A stretch of 64,000 nucleotides of DNA from Desulfatiglandales bacterium (GTDB lineage Bacteria; Desulfobacterota; DSM-4660; Desulfatiglandales; Desulfatiglandaceae), in assembly GCA_963666345.1 (NCBI GenBank), contig OY762721.1:3488001-3552000 (forward strand), given 5' to 3'. Each line of letters opens with the position of its first letter. The first letter of the stretch is position 1. Shown one piece after another: positions 18,800 through 29,111 of the stretch. The notes under the pieces were generated by a model. That model was given only the letters and a program-made list of their open reading frames with translations, had not been told where the DNA came from and ran no database searches. The position numbers and the translations under genes were made by a program.

Positions 18800-19735
18800 T
18801 TGGATTATCCTCACGAACCGGTCCTTGTCAGAGAAGTTCTGGAATATCTGGAGCCCCACCGGCAAGGCGTATATGTGGACGGAACCGTTGGAAGCGCGGG
18901 CCACAGCCTTGAGATCGGGAAGAGCCTGGCAGGGCAAAGCCGCTTGATATGCCTTGACAGGGATCGCGCGGCCATAGGCTTTTCCGAAAAAAGGCTGGCC
19001 TTTATGGGCGACAGGGCCTCTATCGTAAAGGCCAGTTACGCGGACCTGGACAGGGTCCTGGAGACCATGGCGATAGACGGAGTCGACGGAGTCCTGCTGG
19101 ACCTGGGGATGTCATCATTCCAGCTTGATCATTCCGGAAGGGGTTTCAGCTTCGGAGGCGACGAACCCCTTGACATGCGAATGGATCAGGACCAGGAGTT
19201 GAGCGCCGACCGGATAGTAAACACATTTTCCCAAAAAGATCTTGCGGAAATTTTGTGGAAATACGGGGAGGAGAAGAGATCAAGGGCGATTGCAGGCTCA
19301 ATTGTCAGGGCGCGTATGAAAGGGGACATCAGGACATCCTCTCAACTGGCGGAACTGATTAAGTCGGTTTACCCCCCTTCCTATCGTTACAAGGCAAAGC
19401 ATCCTGCGGTGAGATCATTTCAGGCCTTGAGAATCGCAGTAAACAGTGAGCTTCAAAATATCGAACTCTTTCTCAGGAAAATCCCCTCTCTCATCAAAAA
19501 CGGCGGCAGGCTGGTTGTAATCTCCTACCATTCACTTGAGGACAGGATGATCAAGAGGGCCATGAACGGCTGGGAAAAACCATGTACCTGCCCTCCCGAC
19601 CTTCCCCGGTGCGCATGCGGTAAGGTCCCTCTGTTCAGGGCACTGAGCAGGGGCGGAGTAAAACCGGGGGAAAAAGAGATCGATGAAAACCCCAGGGCAC
19701 GCAGCGCCATCCTGAGAGCTGCGGAAAGGATCTGA
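18800..19735 (+). CDS. rsmH: 16S rRNA m4C1402 methyltransferase RsmH
   Basis: HEPVL, VDGTVGSAGHS, DLGMSS.QLD, PLDMRMD, FQALRIAVN, SYHSLED, NPRARSA; TTG start inferred. Confidence 0.95.
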   Translation: MDYPHEPVLVREVLEYLEPHRQGVYVDGTVGSAGHSLEIGKSLAGQSRLICLDRDRAAIGFSEKRLAFMGDRASIVKASYADLDRVLETMAIDGVDGVLLDLGMSSFQLDHSGRGFSFGGDEPLDMRMDQDQELSADRIVNTFSQKDLAEILWKYGEEKRSRAIAGSIVRARMKGDIRTSSQLAELIKSVYPPSYRYKAKHPAVRSFQALRIAVNSELQNIELFLRKIPSLIKNGGRLVVISYHSLEDRMIKRAMNGWEKPCTCPPDLPRCACGKVPLFRALSRGGVKPGEKEIDENPRARSAILRAAERI

Positions 19736-19737
19736 AG

Positions 19738-20106
19738 ATGACCGGAGCGGAGAGGGTGAAAAGCATGATGGTTTCAAGGAACGCAGTCACGGGCGTAAGC
19801 CCCAGGAATTCCCGCGTAAAGAAGCGCTCCTTTAATATGACCGGAAGGCAGATCCTGCTCATAGTATTTATGATGCTCCTGTTTATGGGAAGCAGTATCG
19901 GGTATGTGTGGTCCAATTTCGAGAGAACACAGATAGGTTATGACCTGAGCCAGCTGAAAAAGAAGGAGATGCAGCTTACGGAGATAAACAGGAAATTAAG
20001 ACTTGAACTGGCCATAGTAAAATCCCCGAGGCGAATAGAGAAGGTGGCCAAGGAAAGACTGGGGCTGAGGCAGCCTTCTCCTGATCAGATTGTTGTTTTG
20101 CCATGA
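19738..20106 (+). CDS. ftsL: Cell division protein FtsL
   Basis: TM plus coiled coil, RIEKVAKERLGL; lies between rsmH and ftsI. Confidence 0.85.
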   Translation: MTGAERVKSMMVSRNAVTGVSPRNSRVKKRSFNMTGRQILLIVFMMLLFMGSSIGYVWSNFERTQIGYDLSQLKKKEMQLTEINRKLRLELAIVKSPRRIEKVAKERLGLRQPSPDQIVVLP

Positions 20107-22064
20107 AGGTAAGGGAAAAAAAATGGATAAGACTGCGAATCTATCTGATTGCCTCGTTCTTTGTCCTGGGGCTGGGGACACTCCTTTTCAGGGCGTTTCA
20201 ATTGCAGGTCCTCAAGAAGGACCGTCTCGAAGCGATAGCCAGGTCAGGTTACAAGGGGACCATTAAGCTCCCACCCAAGCGTGGCACCATACGCGACAGG
20301 GAAGGTAACGAACTGGCTGTAAGTGTGGAGGTCGGTTCTGTATACGCCCATCCAAGAAGAATAAAGGCGAAGAAAAAGACAGCGGTAAAACTGGCACAGG
20401 CCCTGGAAATAAGGGAAGACAAGATCCTTAATCTTCTCAAGACCAAGAGGTCCTTTGTGTGGATAGAAAGAAGGATAGATCCCAAAAGGACGAGGAAGGT
20501 CGAGGATCTGGGTCTGGACGGGGTAGGGGTCGCCAGTGAGACGAGGAGATTCCTGCCCGGCAGGGAAATCGGGGCGCACCTCATCGGATTTGTTGGTACC
20601 GACAATCAGGGGCTTGAAGGTCTGGAAAAGAGATATGACAAGGATCTGAGAGGCCCCCATAACAGCCTTATTCAGATGCGTGATGCCTTGGGCAGGCCTT
20701 TTGCGGTAAGCAGGCCGGTCCCCTCGGAGCATGGTATGAGGGACCTTGTCCTGACAATAGACAAGGACATCCAATACAAGGCACAGGCGGCGCTCAAAAG
20801 AGCTGTCGACAAGACAAAGGCCAGAGGGGGGCACTGCCTGGTGGTTGATCCCAAGACCGGAGAAATACTTGCCATGGCCGTTGTCCCCGAATTCAACCCC
20901 AACATATTCTCCAAATACGAGGCCGAGTGCTGGAGAAACAGGAGCATCACCGACTGCTTTGAGCCGGGATCCACGATAAAGGCCTTCCTGCTGGCAGCCG
21001 CCCTGGAAGAAAGCTCAGTCACTCCCACCACCACCTTTGACTGCGAGAACGGTAAATTCGCGATAGGCGGACACGTAATCCACGATACCCATGAACATGG
21101 AGTGATAAGCGTCCATGACATAGTGGTCAAATCGAGCAATATCGGCGCGATCAAGATCGGACAGAGGCTCGGGTATGAGAAATTTACCGGTTATCTCAAG
21201 GAATTCGGCTTCGGCGTCAGGAGCGGCATCGCTCTGATTGGTGAAAGAAGCGGGTTCATAAGATCTCCGAGAAAGGCCAGACCCGTGGACAGGGCAAATC
21301 TTTTCTTCGGTCAGGGGATGACCGCAACCTCTCTTCAGCTGGCAATGGCCATGGCCGCCATAGCCAACGAAGGCAGGCTCATGAAGCCGTTCGTGGTCAA
21401 GAGGATAGTGAGTGAATCTGGCAAGGTCATAAAGGAAAATTATCCGGAGATGGTCAGGAGGGTACTTTCAGCTGAGACCGCGAGGAAGGTCACCGCAATA
21501 CTCGAGGATGTCACGGCCGACGGCGGGACCGCCCCCAAGGCGGCAATCGAGGGCTACAGGGTCGCGGGCAAGACCGGAACCTCGCAGAAGGTCGACCCAA
21601 AGACCAGGAGATATTCCAGAAGCAAGTATGTGGCCACATTTGTGGGGCTCGTTCCCGTGGATAGGCCAAGGCTTGTGATACTTGTCGCAGTTGATGAACC
21701 GAAGGGAAACGCATATGGAGGCATTGTATCGGCCCCGGTGTTCAGAGAGGTGGGAAAGTGGGCGCTCAATCATCTCAGGATCAATCCTCAGGTGAGGCTG
21801 GTTCAGGAGAAGGGTGAGGTCGAAAAAGCTCCCCCAAGGCCGGAATTGAGCGAGGATGTAAAGAGGATAGCGCTTGAGGTGAGAAGCGGCATTGTTCCGG
21901 ATTTTTCAGGGTTGGGCATGAGGGCGGTCCTTAAAAAGGCAGGTTCGCTCGGGCTGGAGATAGTGGCAGAGGGAAGCGGGCTTGCGGTGGAACAGATGCC
22001 TGAACCGGGCACGCCTCTGGAAGGCGTAAAAAGGGTAGAGGTGACCTTCAGGTCTCCTGTGTGA
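20103..22064 (+). CDS. ftsI: Penicillin-binding protein 3 with C-terminal PASTA domain
   Basis: RGTIRDR, EPGSTIK, SSN, KTGT; VPDFSGLGMR...Q.PEPG PASTA. Confidence 0.93.
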   Translation: MKVREKKWIRLRIYLIASFFVLGLGTLLFRAFQLQVLKKDRLEAIARSGYKGTIKLPPKRGTIRDREGNELAVSVEVGSVYAHPRRIKAKKKTAVKLAQALEIREDKILNLLKTKRSFVWIERRIDPKRTRKVEDLGLDGVGVASETRRFLPGREIGAHLIGFVGTDNQGLEGLEKRYDKDLRGPHNSLIQMRDALGRPFAVSRPVPSEHGMRDLVLTIDKDIQYKAQAALKRAVDKTKARGGHCLVVDPKTGEILAMAVVPEFNPNIFSKYEAECWRNRSITDCFEPGSTIKAFLLAAALEESSVTPTTTFDCENGKFAIGGHVIHDTHEHGVISVHDIVVKSSNIGAIKIGQRLGYEKFTGYLKEFGFGVRSGIALIGERSGFIRSPRKARPVDRANLFFGQGMTATSLQLAMAMAAIANEGRLMKPFVVKRIVSESGKVIKENYPEMVRRVLSAETARKVTAILEDVTADGGTAPKAAIEGYRVAGKTGTSQKVDPKTRRYSRSKYVATFVGLVPVDRPRLVILVAVDEPKGNAYGGIVSAPVFREVGKWALNHLRINPQVRLVQEKGEVEKAPPRPELSEDVKRIALEVRSGIVPDFSGLGMRAVLKKAGSLGLEIVAEGSGLAVEQMPEPGTPLEGVKRVEVTFRSPV

Positions 22065-22067
22065 GAG

Positions 22068-23630
22068 ATGTATCGGATGAGACTGACAGATCTGCTTAAA
22101 GGTGTTTCAACAGAAGAGGTAAAGTGCGATCTTGATTCGGATATCACCGGTCTGAGTTATGACTCGCGGAGGGTCGAAAAGGGGCACCTGTTCGTGGCGA
22201 TGAGGGGAAGCGAGCTTGACGGCCATGCCTTTATTGAAAAAGCGCTGGAAAACGGGGCCCAGGCGGTGATCTTTGATTCGGGCCGGTTGGAGAGCGGGAT
22301 CCCCGCGGTCAGGGTGGAAGACTCAAGGGAAGCGCTCGGGATATTGTCTGAAAATTTCTACGAAAGGCCTTTTGAAGGCATGAATCTGATAGGAATTACC
22401 GGCACGAACGGAAAGACCACAACCAGTTACCTGCTCGAGTCGATTATGTTTGAAGCGGGAAAGACACCTGCGGTCATGGGGACCGTAAATTACCGGCTTC
22501 CTGGAAAGACGTTTGACGCTCCCATGACAACGCCTGAATCGCTTGAGATTATGAAGATGTTGAGACGGATGAAAGACTCAGGGGTTTCAGATGTGGTCAT
22601 GGAGGTGTCTTCTCATGCCCTGGCCCAGGGCAGGGTAAAGCGGTGCCCCTTCAGAGCGGCTCTTTTCACCAATCTGTCCCGTGACCACCTCGATTATCAC
22701 GGTACCATGGAAAATTACTTTGAGGCGAAGGGGCGTCTTTTCAGGGAATTACAAAAAGAGGTCTCCGGGCAGGCGACATGGGCGGTGATAAACGGAGATG
22801 ACCCCAGGGCCGGTGCCCTGGCCGGGATTACCGATGCATCGGTTTTTACCTACGGCTTCGGATCTGAATGCGATCTTCGGGCCGAAGACATCAGGCTGAG
22901 CAAAAAGGGAATAATTGTGAATATGTTGACGGCGGATGAGAAAAGGGAGATCCGGTCACCTCTTATCGGTCGTTTCAATGTCTCAAACATCCTTGCAGCG
23001 GCAGCGGTTTCTCTCTGTCTCGGGATATCCATGGATGCGATCGAAAAGGGGGTCGCAGGACTCAAGGGCGTTCCGGGAAGGCTTGAACCGGTCGAAAATG
23101 ACAGGTCCCTGACCATACTGGTGGATTACGCCCATACCCCAGATGCGTTGAAAAAGGCCCTTGACGCGGTCGCGCCTTTGAACGAAGGCAGGCTTATCAG
23201 CGTCGTGGGTTGCGGGGGAGACAGGGACAGCGGAAAGAGAATGCCTATGGGGATGGCGGCGGGAGAGAAGAGCCACCTGGTCTTTATCACATCAGATAAT
23301 CCCAGGACGGAAGACCCGATGACAATAGCCTCTCAGGTCGAGGAGGGGGTCAGGGCGTCGGGTAAAAAAAGGCTTTCCCCGCCGATTGAGAATGCCGGGA
23401 AAGAGACCGGGTATATGCTTGAACTTGACAGAAAAAGGGCCATAGAACTGGCCGTAAGGTCGGCTTCTCAAAAGGATCTGATACTGATTGCCGGAAAAGG
23501 GCATGAAGATTACCAGATAATCGGCAGGCGGAAAAGACATTTTGACGACAGAGAGGTAGCCAAGGCTGCCGCTTCCGTCAGATCCGACCTGGAATGCGAA
23601 TCCGCAACCGATCGTCCGGGAGTTGCGTGA
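22068..23630 (+). CDS. murE: UDP-MurNAc-tripeptide synthetase MurE
   Basis: GITGTNGKTT, MEVSSH, DHLDYH, VDYAHTPD, DNPR (DAP-type), AGKGHE. Confidence 0.95.
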   Translation: MYRMRLTDLLKGVSTEEVKCDLDSDITGLSYDSRRVEKGHLFVAMRGSELDGHAFIEKALENGAQAVIFDSGRLESGIPAVRVEDSREALGILSENFYERPFEGMNLIGITGTNGKTTTSYLLESIMFEAGKTPAVMGTVNYRLPGKTFDAPMTTPESLEIMKMLRRMKDSGVSDVVMEVSSHALAQGRVKRCPFRAALFTNLSRDHLDYHGTMENYFEAKGRLFRELQKEVSGQATWAVINGDDPRAGALAGITDASVFTYGFGSECDLRAEDIRLSKKGIIVNMLTADEKREIRSPLIGRFNVSNILAAAAVSLCLGISMDAIEKGVAGLKGVPGRLEPVENDRSLTILVDYAHTPDALKKALDAVAPLNEGRLISVVGCGGDRDSGKRMPMGMAAGEKSHLVFITSDNPRTEDPMTIASQVEEGVRASGKKRLSPPIENAGKETGYMLELDRKRAIELAVRSASQKDLILIAGKGHEDYQIIGRRKRHFDDREVAKAAASVRSDLECESATDRPGVA

Positions 23631-23637
23631 GGTGAAA

Positions 23638-25074
23638 ATGACCGCTGACTGGGGCAAAATAAGGGTGGAGGAACTGCTGGCTCACACGGGCGGCCGTCTG
23701 GTCGTAGGCAGGGAAAAGGCCCTGCTTGCGGGTCTGAGCACCGATTCAAGGCGGATTTCTCCCGGTGAGATCTTCTGGGCGCTAAAGGGGCTCAATTTCG
23801 ACGGTAACTCCTTTGCGTTAAAGGCCCTCGAAAAAGGGGCCGCCGCAGTAGTAGTGGAGGGGGAGCCTCCTTTTCTCAAAGGGTTTGCCGGCGCTTGCAG
23901 TTCCGCCTCGGTAATCTCGGTAAGGGATACATTAAAGGCCCTGGGAGATTTTTCCGCATGGTGGAGACGTAGGCATGACGCAAGGCTGGTGGCTGTTACA
24001 GGCAGCGCCGGCAAGACCACCACAAAAGAGATGACCGCCGACATCCTTGAGATGGGTGGAAGGACCCTCAGAAACAGAGGTAATTTCAACAACCTGATCG
24101 GAGTTCCCCTCACCCTTTTAAATATTGACGGGGGGCATAAAAACTGCGTGATCGAGATGGGGATGAACAGCCCCGGAGAAATCGCCAGACTGACCGAGAT
24201 AGCAAACCCTGACGTGGGGGTTATCCTGAACGTGGGAAGGGCCCATATCGAGGGACTGGGAAGTATCGAAGGCGTTGCAGCGGCCAAGACGGAACTTGTT
24301 GAAGGAATTTCACCCGCCTCCGGCGTAATCGTAAACGGGGATGACGATATACTCATGCAGAGGGCTTCAGGCATGAGAAAGGATCTTGTCACCTTCGGTA
24401 TGGGGGAGCGAAACGATGTAAGGGCATCCGATGTCAGGGACAGGGGAAGGGAGGGGGTTGCGTTCAACCTCAACTTCCGCGGCAGCTCCTGGCCGGTCGG
24501 GATGATAAACGCGGGCCGTCACAATATCCTGAACGCGCTTGCGGCGGCAGCGGCTGCGCTCATTCTCGATGAGCCTCCTTCAAACATCATTGAGGCCCTG
24601 GGCCGATTCAAAGGCGTGGACGGCCGCTTCAAGCTGGTGCCGATCAAGGGGGATATCCTTCTGGTGGATGACACATATAACGCAAACCCCTCTTCTCTCA
24701 GGGCATCGCTTGATTCGGTGCGGTCCCTGGCAACGGAAGGGGGCAGGATCCTCGTCGCATTGGGTGAGATGATGGAGCTTGGCGAGGATTCGGTATCGGC
24801 CCACCTTGAAGCGGGAAGATGGGTGGGTGAGCTGGGAGCGGACCGGTTCTTTGTGATCGGAGAACACGCGGCCCGGATGGCGGACGGGGCCGTGAAATCG
24901 GGCATGGCGCCGGGCGGAATTTTTGAGCTGGGAAGCCGTGAAGAAATGGCGGAGGCCATAAAGGCGAGCCTGAGGCCGGGGGATGTCATTTTTCTGAAGG
25001 GTTCCAGAAAGGCGGGCCTTGATAAGGTCGCAAAGGCCGTTAAGGTCGCGGGTCAAGAAAAGGAGGCATCATGA
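23638..25074 (+). CDS. murF: UDP-MurNAc-pentapeptide synthetase MurF
   Basis: TDSR, VTGSAGKTTTK, NFNN.IGVP, EMGMN, DDTYNANP, LKGSR; GAGGTG RBS. Confidence 0.95.
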   Translation: MTADWGKIRVEELLAHTGGRLVVGREKALLAGLSTDSRRISPGEIFWALKGLNFDGNSFALKALEKGAAAVVVEGEPPFLKGFAGACSSASVISVRDTLKALGDFSAWWRRRHDARLVAVTGSAGKTTTKEMTADILEMGGRTLRNRGNFNNLIGVPLTLLNIDGGHKNCVIEMGMNSPGEIARLTEIANPDVGVILNVGRAHIEGLGSIEGVAAAKTELVEGISPASGVIVNGDDDILMQRASGMRKDLVTFGMGERNDVRASDVRDRGREGVAFNLNFRGSSWPVGMINAGRHNILNALAAAAAALILDEPPSNIIEALGRFKGVDGRFKLVPIKGDILLVDDTYNANPSSLRASLDSVRSLATEGGRILVALGEMMELGEDSVSAHLEAGRWVGELGADRFFVIGEHAARMADGAVKSGMAPGGIFELGSREEMAEAIKASLRPGDVIFLKGSRKAGLDKVAKAVKVAGQEKEAS

Positions 25075-25481
25075 TGGGGGCTTCAAAAAAGATATTGGTG
25101 GTGGATGATGAAAGAGGCATCAGATATCTCCTTCTGGATGTCCTTTCCAGCTGCGGGTTCGATGTCGTAATGGCAAAGGATGGGAACGAATCCCTTGAGC
25201 AGATGAAGGACGAAGACTTCGGCCTCATCATAACGGACATCAATATGCCGGGGCTGGACGGGCTCGGGGTGCTCAAATGGATGAAAAAAACGGGCCGCAA
25301 GGAAAAGGTCATAGTCATGAGCGGGGATTCCGGGGACGGCGCATTTATCAGTGACGATTTTCCACCAGTACTCAAGCGGTTTTCAAAACCGTTTAAGATA
25401 GGTCATTTCATCGATGTAGTAACAGCGGCAATGGCAAACGGGGATACGCCGGAATCGGGTCGAGGAAGACATGTATCATAA
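25071..25481 (+). CDS. Single-domain (CheY-like) response regulator
   Basis: ILVVDDE, IITDINMPGLDG, VMSG, KPF; ATG overlaps the murF stop. Confidence 0.88.
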   Translation: MMGASKKILVVDDERGIRYLLLDVLSSCGFDVVMAKDGNESLEQMKDEDFGLIITDINMPGLDGLGVLKWMKKTGRKEKVIVMSGDSGDGAFISDDFPPVLKRFSKPFKIGHFIDVVTAAMANGDTPESGRGRHVS

Positions 25482-25499
25482 AAGGTTAGAAGGGCCAAG

Positions 25500-26579
25500 A
25501 TGATTTACAAACTTTTATATCTCTTTCATTCTGATCTGTCTTTTCTGAATGTATTCAGATACATCACGTTCAGGACGGTTCTGTCCACTCTGACCGGCCT
25601 GGCCATATGTTTCATATTCGGCGAGTGGATGATAAGAAGGCTTCGCCGGCTGCAGATAGGACAGTACATAAGGGATGACGGGCCACCCAACCATAAATCC
25701 AAAAAGGGGACCCCCACCATGGGCGGAGCCCTTATACTGCCCGCCATTATAATCTCAACCGTGATATGGGCCGAACCGGTAAACATATATGTATGGATAG
25801 TCGTCTTTGTGGCCCTGTCCTTCGGCGGGATAGGCTTTCTGGATGATTACCTCAAGATAATGGGAAAGAGCAGCAAGGGGTTGAGTGCCCGTGCCAAGTT
25901 CTCTCTCCAGATCCTTGCAGCCCTCATGGTCGCCCTGGTCTTTTACGTGTATCCGGGCTTTGATACGCGCCTGAACATACCTTTTTTCAAGAACATCCTG
26001 CCGGATCTGGGCATATGGTATATCCCCTTTGCGGTCTTTATAATCGTGGGCACATCCAATGCGGTGAACCTGACCGACGGCCTCGACGGTCTGGCTATCG
26101 GGCCTCTTATCATAGCATTCAGCAGTTATGTCGTATTTTCGTATCTTTCCGGGCACGTAAAGATAGCCGGTTACCTGCAGATACCTTATGTGCCGGGATC
26201 AGGCGAGATAGTGGTGCTGTGCGGGGCGGTCGTGGGGGCCGGCCTCGGTTTTCTCTGGTACAACAGTTACCCCGCCGAGATATTCATGGGAGACGTGGGC
26301 TCCCTGCCGCTGGGGGCGTTGCTGGGCACGGTAGCCATAATAACAAAGCAGGAGATAATCCTGGCGCTCGTGGGGGGGCTGTTCGTATTTGAGGCCCTCT
26401 CGGTTATCTTCCAGGTCCTGTTTTTCAAGTTGACCGGCGGGCACCGCATATTCAGGATGGCCCCGATCCACCATCACTTCGAGCTCAAGGGATGGCCCGA
26501 GCCGAAGGTGATCGTCAGGTTCTGGATTATTGCCATAATACTGGCCCTTTTCTCTATAGGTACTATCAAGCTGAGGTAG
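25500..26579 (+). CDS. mraY: Phospho-N-acetylmuramoyl-pentapeptide transferase
   Basis: [42 protein letters not shown]. Confidence 0.96.
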   Translation: MIYKLLYLFHSDLSFLNVFRYITFRTVLSTLTGLAICFIFGEWMIRRLRRLQIGQYIRDDGPPNHKSKKGTPTMGGALILPAIIISTVIWAEPVNIYVWIVVFVALSFGGIGFLDDYLKIMGKSSKGLSARAKFSLQILAALMVALVFYVYPGFDTRLNIPFFKNILPDLGIWYIPFAVFIIVGTSNAVNLTDGLDGLAIGPLIIAFSSYVVFSYLSGHVKIAGYLQIPYVPGSGEIVVLCGAVVGAGLGFLWYNSYPAEIFMGDVGSLPLGALLGTVAIITKQEIILALVGGLFVFEALSVIFQVLFFKLTGGHRIFRMAPIHHHFELKGWPEPKVIVRFWIIAIILALFSIGTIKLR

Positions 26580-26584
26580 TGTCG

Positions 26585-27964
26585 ATGGTCGATTCATCCC
26601 ATATCGTTCCGGGAGCCGAAACAGTGGTGGTGGGGATCGGTATATCCGGACTCTGGACCCTCAGGTGGCTCGCGGCACAGGGAGCCGACGTGGTGGTAAG
26701 CGATTCGGAAAAGCTCTCCAGGCTTTCTCCGGAGACCCTGAACGAGATCCGCAGCCTCGGCGCTAGGCTCGAGACGGGGGGGCACAGGACCGAGACGTTC
26801 CTGAGGGCCGGGAAGATAATCGTGAGTCCCGGTGTGCCGCTTGATATCGAGCCCTTAAGGGCCGCTTCCGAAAAAGGCATCCCTGTCATGGGAGAGCTGG
26901 AGTTCGCAAGCCGCCTTGTGGACATCCCGATAATCGCGGTTACCGGTACGAACGGAAAGTCCACTGTAACCGCCCTTATAGGGGAGATGATAGAAAGGGC
27001 CGGTCTGAGGGTCTTTGTGGGGGGGAATATCGGGCTGCCTCTTATCGCCTATGCGGCAGGGAAATGGTCCGCCGACTATGCGGTGGTGGAGGTAAGCAGC
27101 TTTCAGCTCGACACCACGGAGAATTTCTGCCCTTTTATCTCTCTGCTTCTAAATATCTCGCCCGATCACCTGGAAAGGTATGCCGATTATGGTGCGTATG
27201 TGAATTCAAAGCTCAGGATATTCAGGAACCAGGGCAAAGGCGACTACATGATCCTCAACGACGATGACGCCCTGCTGAGGGCTCTTGTCCCTGAGACCGA
27301 AGCGGATGTCCTGCGATACGGGTTTGAAAAAAGGATGGGAAGGCATTCATACTTTGAGCAAGGTGATGTAAGGGCCGGTGTCAGGCAAGACGGGATGGAG
27401 AGATTTACGGCCGGTTCCTTCAAACTTCCCGGTCATCACAACCGGGAAAATCTTCTTGCAGGTGTGCTGGCCGGGATGGTCATCGGCATTGACAAAGCCG
27501 CAATCCAGGAGACGATCGATGATTTCAGGGGACTTTCCCATCGCCTTGAATTCGTCGGAGAACTGGACGGGGTTCGCTTTTATGACGATTCAAAGGCCAC
27601 TAACGTGGATGCGGCCGTAAGGGCTCTGGAAAGCCTTGATACCCCGATTATCCTGATCGCGGGCGGCAGGCACAAGGGTGCTGATTACGGGGCGCTGGTC
27701 GAGGCGGCCGGGGAAAACGTGAAAAGGGCGGTCCTGATGGGAGAGTCGAGGGATATGCTCGCTGAATCCTTTGAAGGGGTTATCCCTTATGAAATGGCCG
27801 GCGATATGGACGAGGCGGTTTCACTGGCCTTTTCTCATGCCGAAACGGGAGATTCCGTGCTTCTGGCCCCGGCATGCTCAAGCTTTGATATGTACTCGGA
27901 CTACGGCGAGAGGGGACGGTTTTTCATGTTTGCCGTAAAGAGGCTTTTAAATGGCCGAAAATAA
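26585..27964 (+). CDS. murD: UDP-MurNAc-L-Ala:D-Glu ligase
   Basis: VSPGV, TGTNGKST, EVSSFQL, DHLERY, DDSKATN, LLAPACSSFD. Confidence 0.95.
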   Translation: MVDSSHIVPGAETVVVGIGISGLWTLRWLAAQGADVVVSDSEKLSRLSPETLNEIRSLGARLETGGHRTETFLRAGKIIVSPGVPLDIEPLRAASEKGIPVMGELEFASRLVDIPIIAVTGTNGKSTVTALIGEMIERAGLRVFVGGNIGLPLIAYAAGKWSADYAVVEVSSFQLDTTENFCPFISLLLNISPDHLERYADYGAYVNSKLRIFRNQGKGDYMILNDDDALLRALVPETEADVLRYGFEKRMGRHSYFEQGDVRAGVRQDGMERFTAGSFKLPGHHNRENLLAGVLAGMVIGIDKAAIQETIDDFRGLSHRLEFVGELDGVRFYDDSKATNVDAAVRALESLDTPIILIAGGRHKGADYGALVEAAGENVKRAVLMGESRDMLAESFEGVIPYEMAGDMDEAVSLAFSHAETGDSVLLAPACSSFDMYSDYGERGRFFMFAVKRLLNGRK

Positions 27965-29111
27965 GACGAACACCTTCGGATACGACTACCTGATACTGGT
28001 GCCGGTGGTATGCCTGCTGGGTCTGGGGCTTGTGTTCGTATACAGCGCAAGTTCTCACACGGCCGCGCACAGGCTGGGGGACAGTTATTTCTATCTCAAA
28101 AGACAGGGCCTGTTCTGCCTGCTCGGGCTGAGTCTCATGATTATGACAAAGAACATCCCCTGCACGCTTTATTCAAGGCTCGTTTATCCCCTTATGGCAT
28201 TTAGTTTCACCCTGCTCGCGCTGCTGTTTGTCCCCGGGATAGGCGCGAAAGTGGGAGGCGCCTACAGGTGGCTTAAATTCTCGGGCCTCAGGTTTCAGCC
28301 CTCGGAACTGGCGAAATTTTCCCTGGCGGTTTACCTGGCCTATTCCATGGCCAAAAAGGGCTCGGCAATGTCGACCTTTTCAAAAGGCCTTGTGCCGCAT
28401 CTGGCGGTCGCAGGGGCCTTCATGCTCCTCATCCTGCTCCAGCCCGACCTGGGCACGACCGCCATTATCGGCTGCTGGGTACTTGTGCTTCTATTTGTGG
28501 GGGGTGCCAATTCACTTCAGCTCTTTTCCCTTCTGATGCTTGCTGCGGCGGCACTCTACTTCCTTATCCTCAGGGCCGACTACAGGCTGGACAGATGGAA
28601 GGCGTTCCTGAATCCGTGGGAGGACCCCCAGGGGATAGGTTTTCAGATAATACACTCCTTTCTGGCCTTCGGCTCGGGGGGGGTCTTCGGGGCGGGGCTC
28701 GGCAACAGCAAACAGAAGATGTTCTATCTGCCGGAGTCTCACACCGATTTCGTGCTTTCCATAGCGGCCGAGGAACTCGGTTTTGTCGGGATAACCATAA
28801 TCATAATACTGTTCTCGATTCTCATCCTGAGGGGGATAAGGATCTCACTTGAGGCGCGGGATCTCTACAGGAGTTACCTGGCATTCGGTCTTACATGCCT
28901 CATCGGGTTGCAGGTCATTGTGAATATGGGTGTCGTAATGGGCCTGCTGCCCACAAAGGGCCTCACCCTTCCGCTTATCTCCTACGGGGGCTCGTCCCTT
29001 GTCCTGAACCTGATAATAATCGGCGTTCTTCTTAATATATCCTCCTATTCCGGGGAGCAGAAGAGGGGCCCGGCCGCGCGGACAAAGGCGCGTAAAAAGG
29101 CAAAGAGGTGA
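27951..29111 (+). CDS. ftsW: SEDS family protein FtsW
   Basis: VYSAS, RW, FQPSELAK, QPDLGT, LPESHTDF, KGLTLPLISYGGSS. Confidence 0.95.
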   Translation: MAENKTNTFGYDYLILVPVVCLLGLGLVFVYSASSHTAAHRLGDSYFYLKRQGLFCLLGLSLMIMTKNIPCTLYSRLVYPLMAFSFTLLALLFVPGIGAKVGGAYRWLKFSGLRFQPSELAKFSLAVYLAYSMAKKGSAMSTFSKGLVPHLAVAGAFMLLILLQPDLGTTAIIGCWVLVLLFVGGANSLQLFSLLMLAAAALYFLILRADYRLDRWKAFLNPWEDPQGIGFQIIHSFLAFGSGGVFGAGLGNSKQKMFYLPESHTDFVLSIAAEELGFVGITIIIILFSILILRGIRISLEARDLYRSYLAFGLTCLIGLQVIVNMGVVMGLLPTKGLTLPLISYGGSSLVLNLIIIGVLLNISSYSGEQKRGPAARTKARKKAKR

